Shown here: piece by piece, positions 34,191-42,682 of the stretch
How positions within the stretch are numbered: the first letter of the stretch is position 1
How the letters are laid out: each line of letters opens with the position of its first letter
Virus record (IMG/VR): IMGVR_UViG_2703718834_000012
Length of the DNA: 42,682 bases
Source: a virus
Lineage: Duplodnaviria > Heunggongvirae > Uroviricota > Caudoviricetes
Direction: 5' to 3' (one strand)
Program-made: the position numbers and the translations under genes
The notes under the pieces: generated by a model
Databases searched by the model: none
What the model saw: the letters and a program-made list of their open reading frames with translations, nothing else
Told to the model about the DNA's origin: nothing

Positions 34191-34514
34191 ATGGGCGAAC
34201 AGGTTGAAGAAGAAAAAAGTCAGGAAAGTGTCAATACAACAGCATTGACGCTATCAATATCAAGACAAGAATTTCGAGATTATTTTCAACGCCTCGAAGA
34301 AAAACATGGCGAGATGGCCTGTCCGCTTTGTAAGCATACGCTTTGGGGAGTTCCTCCACGAGAAGATAGTCAAGACTATCCTGCAATAATTACCCTTCCT
34401 CTACCTCATTCAGCTGGCCGAGGTATATGGGCATTCCCTGTTATATGTGTAGAATGTGGTTTCATTGCCACATTTGCTGCTAACCGAGTATCACTAAAGG
34501 TTCGAGAGGGATAA
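34191..34514 (+). CDS. Hypothetical zinc-ribbon protein (cassette gene 1)
   Basis: 107 aa from ATG 34191 (track start at 34179 is TTG); CPLCKH...CVECG Cys pairs; AT-rich. Confidence 0.55.
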   Translation: MGEQVEEEKSQESVNTTALTLSISRQEFRDYFQRLEEKHGEMACPLCKHTLWGVPPREDSQDYPAIITLPLPHSAGRGIWAFPVICVECGFIATFAANRVSLKVREG

Positions 34515-34516
34515 CA

Positions 34517-34900
34517 GTGGCTGCAGTTTGCTTAGATCATCAATCAAGCTCAATTATTTCGATTGATCGGGTTGAAGTATTTGAGACCTTCCCAAAAATC
34601 GAAAATCATGTTGGCGATATTCCTTACACACTTGATGAATCCAGGATATTGTTGCTAAGGAACAGTGTTTCACATCCTGATAGCTGTGTTGGGCTGAAAG
34701 CATTTTCTGTCGCGCTAATAGTGATGCTAGGTGTTATAGTGTGGTTAACAGGAGGTAAGGTTATGTACTATATCCCTCTTTACGCAGCACTCATACCAGT
34801 AGCTTATTGGTTAGTTAAGATTGGATTTGCGTATTATGTAGTCAAAACACAAAAGTTACATGTTGACTCGAAATCGTTCTCGGGAAAAAATCATGGCTAA
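34517..34900 (+). CDS. Hypothetical membrane protein (cassette gene 2)
   Basis: 127 aa, GTG start with GAGAGGG RBS 2 nt after upstream stop; two predicted TM helices. Confidence 0.55.
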   Translation: MAAVCLDHQSSSIISIDRVEVFETFPKIENHVGDIPYTLDESRILLLRNSVSHPDSCVGLKAFSVALIVMLGVIVWLTGGKVMYYIPLYAALIPVAYWLVKIGFAYYVVKTQKLHVDSKSFSGKNHG

Positions 34901-35318
34901 CGATAACGTTAAAAATGTAGCTAAAAATGGACTACCTTTTCTAATTGTCTCCCTCATATGTGGTTATGCTACAGATGCTATTCCTATCTTCTTTCCTGAC
35001 GGTGAGTTTCGTGATTGGGCCTACAGATCTGTTCCTTTTCTGTCTTTGATTCTTCTTTTTGTAATCAAAACGTTAAAGGATTTTGGTGGAATGTCATTTA
35101 CAGGTCTGTTATTTACAATATGCTCAAGCCGAGAAAAGAAAAGGCTAAAGATCATTATGGATGACAATCACGCTAGTGATGCGACCATGCAAGCAGCAAA
35201 AAAACGTTATGACGAAATATTACAAAAAGAACTCGAGTTAAGCTCAAGGTTGCTGACCTACATTTCTCAGTGGTCGATCTTTAAGAAAGCACCGACCCCC
35301 CCATCATCTGTTGAATAA
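34893..35318 (+). CDS. Hypothetical membrane protein (cassette gene 3)
   Basis: Start MANDNVKN overlapping upstream stop by 8 nt; 2-3 hydrophobic helices then charged helical tail. Confidence 0.55.
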   Translation: MANDNVKNVAKNGLPFLIVSLICGYATDAIPIFFPDGEFRDWAYRSVPFLSLILLFVIKTLKDFGGMSFTGLLFTICSSREKKRLKIIMDDNHASDATMQAAKKRYDEILQKELELSSRLLTYISQWSIFKKAPTPPSSVE

Positions 35319-35324
35319 AGCAAT

Positions 35325-35351
35325 AACCCAGTTACCGAACTGGGTTTTTTA
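35325..35351 (+). terminator. Rho-independent terminator
   Basis: Perfect 8-bp stem ACCCAGTT/AACTGGGT, loop ACCG, then TTTTTTA. Confidence 0.7.
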
Positions 35352-35555
35352 TTGCCCTTTTCTCACCATAGCAGCCGCATCCCGCAATACCCACTTGTGA
35401 ATGACGTTTCCCACTACCCTGCGCTTAGCCTCTAGACTATCCACAATCGCATCGCGGCTGATCACAATCCCGTTAGCTATCAGACTGACAACTGCGCCAC
35501 CAATCTCCCCCGCAATAAACGCTGCGCGGTCTTCTTCCAGTTCGTCACGATCCAT
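35349..35555 (-). CDS. Hypothetical protein, divergent from pL operon
   Basis: 68 aa with GAGGGTGA RBS; non-repetitive sequence. Confidence 0.45.
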   Translation of the reverse strand: MDRDELEEDRAAFIAGEIGGAVVSLIANGIVISRDAIVDSLEAKRRVVGNVIHKWVLRDAAAMVRKGQ

Positions 35556-35667
35556 AACTCACCCTCATCGATTTTTTTATAACCACAAAATAGACCACAA
35601 AACATACTACTCGTGCCAACGAGCGCAACCAACTAAACTTTTTGTTTATATAAAAACACTCATTATG

Positions 35668-35696
35668 TTGACACGTAAATAAACATTGTGTTTAAT
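35668..35696 (+). promoter_or_regulatory. pL-like promoter with overlapping operator (OL)
   Basis: TTGACA-N17-TTTAAT; palindrome TAAACATTGTGTTTA (35680-35694) matches the OR1-type site 14/15. Confidence 0.55.
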
Positions 35697-35939
35697 TACT
35701 CCATCAACACAACCACCAAAGCAGGACGCCCACGAAGAAGCTGTCCGGGGCATACGAAGACCGGAATGAGGTGGTGAGATTAACGCGCAGTAGGTTTGAA
35801 ACGTTCCGCCAGCCTGGCGACAAGGGCAAAGCACAGAGTGAGCTTCGCGGTGGTGAATTGCAGAGTTAAAACGCTCAACCGTGAAGATCAGCGCCGCGGC
35901 ATCACCAGCGAAGTTCACTCAGAAAAACTGGAGAACATC

Positions 35940-36146
35940 ATGGTTCATCAGCACTACGGTACACAGACAGTAAACCGCGGCGCAGTTCAGCCGGGGATGC
36001 TCGTCAAACACAAAGACTCAACCTGGACGGCATCAGCTAACGCTCGCGGACGTTTGTATCTGCATCGCGGCGTAGAAATGACTTACACCAAGGATTTGCT
36101 GGTTGAAGTTTATCTGAACGGTCTGGGGCATGGACTCAGCCACTAG
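35940..36146 (+). CDS. Hypothetical protein, first pL-operon gene
   Basis: 68 aa from ATG 35940 with GGAG RBS; track ORF 35796 begins with TTG. Confidence 0.45.
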   Translation: MVHQHYGTQTVNRGAVQPGMLVKHKDSTWTASANARGRLYLHRGVEMTYTKDLLVEVYLNGLGHGLSH

Positions 36147-36157
36147 CGGAGGATGTC

Positions 36158-36319
36158 ATGTTAGACAAGAAATGCGGATATTGCGGCAAGCCGGTTAAAA
36201 CGGAGGAAGTAATCAAGAGCACCCTTCTCTATCGCAACGGCTCACAGCTGGCGCGCAAAGAAAAAGAGTATTGCTCCAAACGTTGCGCTTCGCACGACCA
36301 GATGGCTCACGAAGGCTAA
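36158..36319 (+). CDS. Small zinc-ribbon protein (53 aa, below ORF-track cutoff)
   Basis: GGAGG RBS 5 nt upstream; MLDKKCGYCGKP...YCSKRCASHDQMAHEG with two Cys pairs. Confidence 0.4.
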   Translation: MLDKKCGYCGKPVKTEEVIKSTLLYRNGSQLARKEKEYCSKRCASHDQMAHEG

Positions 36320-36458
36320 CGTAAAACCCGCGCAAGGCGGGATCTACGTCCGGTGGTACCGACCAAAGTTACACCGGAAACAACATTAAAACCAAAGTTA
36401 ACCCAATGGGCGCTATCAATGGTCCGGGGATTCTAACACCCAAAAATGAGGATCTCAC

Positions 36459-39400
36459 ATGGAATTCTTTAATGTGGTTAAAGCCACTCAGAAATCCGGA
36501 AAGCAAGATGCAGTGGTCTGGTTCACTGCTAAAACCGAGGCTCGCGCCAATCTGATGCTGGATGTTGCGCTGGAAGATGCAGGTATCGAAACAGGTCGGG
36601 GTAAGGACTACGCCAAACCGATTCGCACTGATTTCCCAGTTGTCGACGGCCTGCCGAAAGAAGGTGAAGTTGATTTTACCTGGTGTGATCGCTACGAGCT
36701 TCAGGACGATGGGCGCACCTGGCTGCCAAAAGCCGCTGGTGTGTCTACTGGTTCCGTTTACGCCCCCTACACACCTACTCCGACCGTAATCGTTGAAGAT
36801 GCGACTGCGTCCGAAATTGTCCCGGTTGAAAACCGTACTCCAGCGGTCCGCTTTGCCGTCCATCTGATGAACGATAAATACCAAACCCACGTCACTAAAG
36901 AGCAGCAGTTGGCTGCCAGCGAAATGTCACTGGATGAAGGCAATACATATCTCCATAGCCTGCTTGTGGCAAGGAACGATGTGCCCGCGACCGCCAAACT
37001 CAGCCTGAATGCTGAGTGGAAAATGATTCGGGCGGTTAAGGACATTTTCACACCAGACGAAGAGCACGAACCAAGATTGATCGCTGCATTCATGTCTGAC
37101 TGGGTGAACACCGATGCCGGTGACCGCAATCAACTGGTAGAAGACTGGCGCAGTGGTAAGTTGCAGTTGCTCAAAACTGAAACCAGCAACGCTGCTGACG
37201 TTACAACGGGTCAAGATCTCACTGTTGAGGACGGTATCCAGACCGACGAGAACGGCCGGGCAGAAGGTGGCGTCGTTGATGGTGAAGTCGATACCGAAGA
37301 GCAATCCCAGCAGACACAGCAACCGAACCTGATCGTTGTTGCCACCCTGCCATTCCGCCAGCGCGTACTGGCTCAGTTCATCGGTGATGGTGAATATCTC
37401 TATCACATCGACGCAGGGCAGAAAAATGAGATTGTCCGCCTTGAGATGGACACCGATGACGCGTACGTCCAGAACCTGCTGCTGGCAGCTGAGAATGTGG
37501 AAGCATTCAAAAAAGCCATTGAGCACGATATTCATAAAGTCGTGAATGCCGTTAAGAAAGTCTTCCCTGTCGATGGAAAAATCCCTGAACTCGCAACCTT
37601 AATCCAGTTTTTGAAATTGTGGTTCGCTACAGATCACATCGACCGCGGTATCCTCGTTCGCGAATGGGCCGCCGGTAATCGCATCAGTAGTGTGCAGCGT
37701 ACTGATTCCGGCACTAATGCCGACGGCGGTTACGTCACTGACCGTGGACCTGACGCACACCACACACTGGACACTCTCGATTTAGAGATTGCGTGTGCCC
37801 TTCTGCCTATGGACTTCAACCACTTCGAGATCCCGGGCAGCATTCTTCGTCGCGCTAAAGAAATCGTGACCAAAAAAGAAGAACCATGGAAATCATGGAG
37901 CAACATCCTGCGCAATCAGCCAGGCGTTCTGGGTGTTAACCGCACGGCTATTTTTAACCTGGTACGTATCGCACCGGAAAATATTCATTTAACTCCTGTC
38001 GCTCACCTGGAATTTGTTAACCAGACCATGACAGCCGCGTTCAATTCCGCGGTCGAGTTATTGCCGTTGCATGAGGCTGAACCCGCAGCACAGGAAATTC
38101 CCCAACCTGAAGGTAAGGAGTCTCCGCGCAAATCCTTCTGCACTCACGAAGAGAACCTGCAACGCGTGCGTGAAGAAGGAGCACGCCGCCGCGCAGAGGA
38201 AGCGGCAGCACAACCGCAGAAAGTCGAACAAGAACTGGTTAAAAATGTCGGCAACGGAATATTCGACGTTACGGCTTTGCTGCAGAACTCAGCAACTCAT
38301 GGCACGAAAAAGGCTACGGAGACCACCAGCAATGTGCAGGTTCAAGAAACTGTCAGTGATGAAAAACAAGCTGGTGATGAAGTACAGCCAGGCGAAAGCA
38401 GTCTGGAGTCTGGTGAAGAGTCAGATACCAGCCAGAAGGACGATGTAAACCAGAATACGGATTCTGTCGCCAAAAATAGCGATTCTGTAAGCCAAACCGA
38501 ACCAGTTGCAGCACAAACCGAGCCAGAAGCGCAATCTGACGAACCAGCTGTTGTTTATCCCGCTTATTTCGAGCCAGGCCGCTATGAAGGGCTGCCAAAC
38601 GAGGTTTACCACGCCGCCAACGGCATCAGCTCAACCCAGGTGAAAGATGCGCGCGTTTCGCTGATGTACTTCAATGCGCGCCACGTAGAGAAAACCATCG
38701 TCAAAGAGCGCTCAGCGGTGCTGGACATGGGCAACTTGGTGCATGCGCTGGCGTTGCAGCCTGAACTACTGGACGCAGAATTCAGCGTTGAACCGGTGAT
38801 CCCTGAAGGCGCATTCACAACGGCCGCGACCCTGCGCGCCTTTATCGATGAGCACAATGCCAGCCTGCCGGCGCTGCTGTCTGCCGACGACATCAAGGTG
38901 TTACTGGAAGAGTACAACGCCACCCTGCCGCCGCAGGTTCCGCTTGGCGCTAACCTGGAAGAAACGGCACAGAACTATATGGCGCTGCCAGCTGACTTCC
39001 AGCGTATTGATGGTGACCAGAAGCAGACGGCGACGGCAATGAAGGCATGCATTAAAGAGTACAACGCCACCCTGCCGCCGCCGGTTAAAACCAGCGGCAG
39101 CCGTGACGCGCTGCTGGAGCAGTTGGCAATCATCAACCCTGACCTTGTGGCTCAGGAAGCACAGAAACCGGCACCACTGAAAGTGTCCGGTACCAAAGCA
39201 GACATGATCCAGGCCGTAAAGGCAGTCAAACCAGATGCCGTATTTGCCGACGAACTGCTGGATGCCTGGCGCGATAACCCGGAAGGAAAAGTGCTGGTCA
39301 CCCGCCAGCAGCTGAGCACCGCGCTGAATATTCAAAAAGCGCTTCTGGCACACCCGACCGCCGGCATGCTGCTGACCCACCCTAGCCGAGCCGTTGAGGT

Positions 39401-39848
39401 GAGCTACTTTGGTTTTGACGAGGAGACGGGCTTGGAAGTTCGTGTGCGCCCTGACCTTGAGATCGACCTGGATGGCGTGCGTATAGGTGCAGACCTGAAA
39501 ACCATCAGCATGTGGAATGTTAAGCAGGAAAGCCTGCGCGCCAGGCTACACCGGGAAATTATTGAACGTGATTATCACCTGAGCGCGGCTATGTACTGCG
39601 AAACCGCAGCGCTGGATCAGTTCTTCTGGATTTTCGTCAACAAAGACGAGAACTACCACTGGATCGCCATCATCGAGGCATCCGCTGAACTACTGGAGCT
39701 GGGTATGCTCGAGTACCGCAAAGCGATGCGCAATATCGCAACCGGATTCGACACAGGTGAATGGCCAGCGCCAATCACTGCTGACTACACCGACGAACTG
39801 AACGACTTCGACCTGCGCCGCCTTGAAGCGCTGCGTACTCAGGCATAA
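36459..39848 (+). CDS. recE: Exonuclease VIII, RecE-like
   Basis: 1129 aa; N-terminal segments (TDFPVVDGLPKEGEVDFTWCDRYEL, GNRISSVQRTDSGTNADGG) parallel Rac RecE; C-terminal PD-(D/E)xK-like core. Confidence 0.85.
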   Translation: MEFFNVVKATQKSGKQDAVVWFTAKTEARANLMLDVALEDAGIETGRGKDYAKPIRTDFPVVDGLPKEGEVDFTWCDRYELQDDGRTWLPKAAGVSTGSVYAPYTPTPTVIVEDATASEIVPVENRTPAVRFAVHLMNDKYQTHVTKEQQLAASEMSLDEGNTYLHSLLVARNDVPATAKLSLNAEWKMIRAVKDIFTPDEEHEPRLIAAFMSDWVNTDAGDRNQLVEDWRSGKLQLLKTETSNAADVTTGQDLTVEDGIQTDENGRAEGGVVDGEVDTEEQSQQTQQPNLIVVATLPFRQRVLAQFIGDGEYLYHIDAGQKNEIVRLEMDTDDAYVQNLLLAAENVEAFKKAIEHDIHKVVNAVKKVFPVDGKIPELATLIQFLKLWFATDHIDRGILVREWAAGNRISSVQRTDSGTNADGGYVTDRGPDAHHTLDTLDLEIACALLPMDFNHFEIPGSILRRAKEIVTKKEEPWKSWSNILRNQPGVLGVNRTAIFNLVRIAPENIHLTPVAHLEFVNQTMTAAFNSAVELLPLHEAEPAAQEIPQPEGKESPRKSFCTHEENLQRVREEGARRRAEEAAAQPQKVEQELVKNVGNGIFDVTALLQNSATHGTKKATETTSNVQVQETVSDEKQAGDEVQPGESSLESGEESDTSQKDDVNQNTDSVAKNSDSVSQTEPVAAQTEPEAQSDEPAVVYPAYFEPGRYEGLPNEVYHAANGISSTQVKDARVSLMYFNARHVEKTIVKERSAVLDMGNLVHALALQPELLDAEFSVEPVIPEGAFTTAATLRAFIDEHNASLPALLSADDIKVLLEEYNATLPPQVPLGANLEETAQNYMALPADFQRIDGDQKQTATAMKACIKEYNATLPPPVKTSGSRDALLEQLAIINPDLVAQEAQKPAPLKVSGTKADMIQAVKAVKPDAVFADELLDAWRDNPEGKVLVTRQQLSTALNIQKALLAHPTAGMLLTHPSRAVEVSYFGFDEETGLEVRVRPDLEIDLDGVRIGADLKTISMWNVKQESLRARLHREIIERDYHLSAAMYCETAALDQFFWIFVNKDENYHWIAIIEASAELLELGMLEYRKAMRNIATGFDTGEWPAPITADYTDELNDFDLRRLEALRTQA

Positions 39849-39853
39849 GGGGA

Positions 39854-40972
39854 ATGATGATGGAAAACACGAATATCGTAACCGCTGAACAGCAGACTCC
39901 AAACACGATCTCAGCCAGCAATGCCATTTTCAACGTGCAGGCTTTAACCCAGCTTCAGTCTGTCGCCGGGTTGATGGCACAGGCAGCCGTAACGGTGCCT
40001 GAGCACCTCCGCGGCAATCCGGCAGACTGCATGGCCATCATCATGCAGGCGATGCAGTGGGGTATGAACCCTTACGCCGTGGCGCAAAAGACGCACCTGG
40101 TTAACGGTGTCCTGGGATACGAAGCGCAACTGGTTAATGCGGTGATCTCCAGCTCAAACGCCATCGTTGGCCGCTTTCACTATGAGTACGAGGGCGACTG
40201 GTCGAAATGTGCCAGCAGCCGCGAGATAACCGTTAAAAAGCCTGCGAAAGGTGGCGGGACGTACGACAAGAAAGAAATGGTACGCGGTTGGGAAAGTGCT
40301 GATGAACAAGGACTGTCGGTACGGGTAGGTGCCGTTATTCGCGGTGAAAGTGATATCACCTGGGGAGAGCCTGTTTTCCTCTCCAGCGTAATCACACGTA
40401 ATTCTCCACTTTGGGTATCAAACCCGAAACAGCAGATCGCTTATCTGGCACTCAAATACTGGGCGCGCCTATATTGCCCTGCAGTTGTTCTTGGTGTGTA
40501 CACCCCTGATGAGATTGAACAGCGCACAGAAAAAGAGATCAACCCAACGCCGCAACGCGTTAGCCTGGCTGATATCTCAGGTGACACCGTCACAACCACG
40601 CAAAGCGCACAGGAATCGTCGGTAAATGTCGACTCTCTTGCCGATGATTTCCGCGAACGCATCGAATCTGCTCAGGACGTGGATAGCGCCAAATCGCTGC
40701 GTGCCGACATTGAAACGGCGAAAGCTACGCTGGGATCCGCACTATTCACCGAGCTGAAAAACAAAGCCGTAAAGCGTTATTACCTAGTGGATGCACGCAA
40801 CAAGGTTGAGGAGGCTATTAAATCCCTGCCCCAGCCCGACGAGCCGCATGCAGCCGAACGGTTCGCTGAAGCCGAGCGCATGCTTGCATCTTCAAAGCGT
40901 CACTTAGGCGATGAACTGCACGATCAATTCAGCATCACCCTGGCGGATATGAAACCGGAATACGTGGCCTGA
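39854..40972 (+). CDS. recT: RecT/Red-beta family single-strand annealing protein
   Basis: 372 aa immediately downstream of recE; triple ATG start; sequence of RecT type. Confidence 0.75.
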   Translation: MMMENTNIVTAEQQTPNTISASNAIFNVQALTQLQSVAGLMAQAAVTVPEHLRGNPADCMAIIMQAMQWGMNPYAVAQKTHLVNGVLGYEAQLVNAVISSSNAIVGRFHYEYEGDWSKCASSREITVKKPAKGGGTYDKKEMVRGWESADEQGLSVRVGAVIRGESDITWGEPVFLSSVITRNSPLWVSNPKQQIAYLALKYWARLYCPAVVLGVYTPDEIEQRTEKEINPTPQRVSLADISGDTVTTTQSAQESSVNVDSLADDFRERIESAQDVDSAKSLRADIETAKATLGSALFTELKNKAVKRYYLVDARNKVEEAIKSLPQPDEPHAAERFAEAERMLASSKRHLGDELHDQFSITLADMKPEYVA

Positions 40973-41010
40973 CGAGACCGGGAGGGGTAACCCTCCCTCA
41001 AGGAGATTAT

Positions 41011-41253
41011 ATGCGACTGATCAATCGAGGAAGTAAGCAATCACCTTTAGCTCGCCAAGCATGCGACATCGCGCTGGCAGCTCACTTGCAAACATATGGC
41101 GACTATGGGCGAAGCAAGATGAAAGAGACTTATACGGTGAAGGTTGAAGGCGTGAAAGTCTGGGTGGAGGTGGTGAACCGAAAGGCGAGCTACGTGGCCA
41201 CAGCGATGACCGGCATGCGCCGTCTCCGCTCCCTGCCCGGGCAGGTTGGTTGA
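41011..41253 (+). CDS. Hypothetical protein
   Basis: 80 aa, AAGGAG RBS; preceded by perfect hairpin GGGAGGG-GTAA-CCCTCCC. Confidence 0.45.
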   Translation: MRLINRGSKQSPLARQACDIALAAHLQTYGDYGRSKMKETYTVKVEGVKVWVEVVNRKASYVATAMTGMRRLRSLPGQVG

Positions 41254-41294
41254 AAAAGATTTTGAATGGCCCGAACGGGCAACTGGAGAGAGCT

Positions 41295-41492
41295 ATGGAT
41301 GATATTTTGGTAACGTCAGACCTGACCAGTCGCTACAAAATTTCACGCAAAACCCTTTGGTCATGGCAAAGTGCAGACACAATGCCTCGGGGCTTCGTAT
41401 GCCCGTTCCCACCCCCTGACTGGCCCGGCAACCCTAACCGCTGGCGCTCTGAGTCAATCAAAGAGTGGGAGGATAAAAAGAAGATAAATTAA
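41295..41492 (+). CDS. Excisionase / AlpA-like HTH regulator
   Basis: 65 aa from ATG 41295 with GGAGAGAG RBS; convergent with integrase, stop codons overlap (TTAA). Confidence 0.6.
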
Positions 41493-42682
41493 CTGAAGGG
41501 CTCTCCGATGATCTCTTCAAGATGGCTCTGCCAAACGCGGAGCCAGTGTTTCTGATCATCGATATAGTCATGAAGGTTGTAATGCGCCATAACCCCCACC
41601 ATCTGATGCCCGAGCAGCTTTTCAATTACGTGCGGCGGGCAACCTAACTCAGAGAGATTTGTGGCTATCGTCCGCCTCATATCATGAAGCGACCACTCTG
41701 CCATACCTGTTCCATTCCAAATAGAACGGGCGTAATTGGATGCCACAGGTGAATGAACGGGCGAATCTTTGATCCCGCCATCAATTTTACGTTGTGAAGT
41801 CACCAGGTGATTGGTGTTTATTTTCTTGAGGTGATTTCTGACCAGGTTAACGGCGGCGTCTGAGAGTCCCCTTCTAATATGTACCCGAGTTTTATAACTG
41901 CCCGCAGGCACGACCCACTCATTATCATCCAATCGAAACCATGATCTCTCACTAAGTCGAATCTCAGCCGTACGGCATCCGGTAAGCATAATAAATTTCA
42001 CCAGGAAAACGGACTCTATCGACATATGGCTTTTCAACCACTGATAGATTTTGCGCAGATCGTCATCGTCCATCCTGCGAGTTCTCTTTTTAGGCTTTTG
42101 CCCGACATCAGATGGCAGTAATCCCTCGAGTGGGTTTGAGGCGATCACACTTCTGTTAACGCAGAACCTAAACGCCCGTTTGCACAGCGAAAGCATGTAA
42201 TGAGCCATCACCCTGCTTTCTATAGAATCGAAGACGTTGATCCAGTGCATTTTCGCTGTGTTATCGACTTTGACATTCTTCATCGGTTCGGCGATATGTT
42301 TCTCAAACACCTGGCGATAGTAATCGACTTTAACTAGCCCGTTAGCGATACAGTGCCTTTCAATCCAGTAATTGAACGCTTCGGCAACGGACATCGCTTC
42401 CTGTCGGGTCTGCTTATCCAGCTTCACCTGCTCTCGCGGATCCAGTCCCTCAGTTAACCAGTTTCTGAATTGTTGGCGACGCTCTCTTGCCTGGGTGATA
42501 CTCATTGCAGGATAATCACCAACATTGAGTTTTACCGCTTTACCGGCCCAGCGATACCGATAGAAAAATGATATTTTTCCGGCCTGGCTGATTCTGGCGT
42601 TGAGCCCGTGCGAATCAGAAATAATCTCGATATCATCTCTTTTCTTGCCGAGCGCCTTCCTGAGCTTTGTGTCGGTGATCAT
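41489..42682 (-). CDS. int: Tyrosine integrase (P4-like, with N-terminal DUF4102-type arm domain)
   Basis: 397 aa; start ATG is the last codon of the window; C-terminal HDMRRT...LGH...HY catalytic signature. Confidence 0.9.

Larger units (their letters stand above)
1..42682. mobile_element. Temperate phage (prophage) genome segment, mosaic lambdoid head/regulation plus Mu-like contractile tail
   Basis: Contiguous integrase, excisionase, repressor/cro, O/P replication, Q, lysis, terminase, head and tail genes in canonical phage order; no host housekeeping genes. Confidence 0.9.

Noticed and set aside
35796-35939. Arg/Lys-rich TTG-initiated extension of the first pL gene as an N-like antiterminator
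   Set aside because: Depends on a TTG start with no RBS; no boxA/boxB-like nut site identified; kept only as the 68-aa ATG-initiated ORF.
36369-37535. Minus-strand ORFs 36369..36890, 36767..37129 and 36927..37535
   Set aside because: All antisense to recE, whose sense frame has strong RecE similarity.
38901-39380. 159-aa minus-strand ORF
   Set aside because: Antisense to recE; Cys/Arg-rich low-complexity translation.
1-42682. CRISPR arrays, IS elements/transposases, rRNA or tRNA genes
   Set aside because: No regularly spaced short direct repeats, no transposase-like ORF with terminal inverted repeats, and no rRNA/tRNA-like sequence; the only recombinases are the phage integrase and the fibre invertase.

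Overview
The whole 42.7-kb window reads as one mosaic temperate-phage (prophage) genome of enterobacterial type; there is no host backbone, rRNA, tRNA, CRISPR array or IS element. From high to low coordinates: tyrosine integrase and excisionase; a + strand RecE/RecT recombination module driven by a pL-like promoter; an immunity region with a short CI-like repressor and divergent Cro; lambda-type O/P replication genes with ori iterons inside O; a nin-like region (YbcN-like, NinE-like, YbcO-like, RusA) with a LexA-boxed dinI homologue and relics of a cytosine methyltransferase gene; a Q-like antiterminator; a late operon carrying an unknown two-gene cassette, a DNA methyltransferase and a pinholin/SAR-endolysin/Rz-Rz1 lysis cassette; a cosB-like repeat array; lambda-like terminase and head genes; then a Mu-like contractile tail module ending in an invertible tail-fibre segment with a Gin/Pin-family invertase. 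The most interesting loci are two AT-rich accessory cassettes of unknown function at classic moron/defence positions: a three-gene zinc-ribbon plus membrane-protein operon beside cI (the lambda rexAB position), and a translationally coupled two-gene cassette between Q and the lysis genes. Every call comes from reading the sequence and the ORF track and comparing with remembered protein families; no database search or computation was run, so family names are recognitions, not hits.
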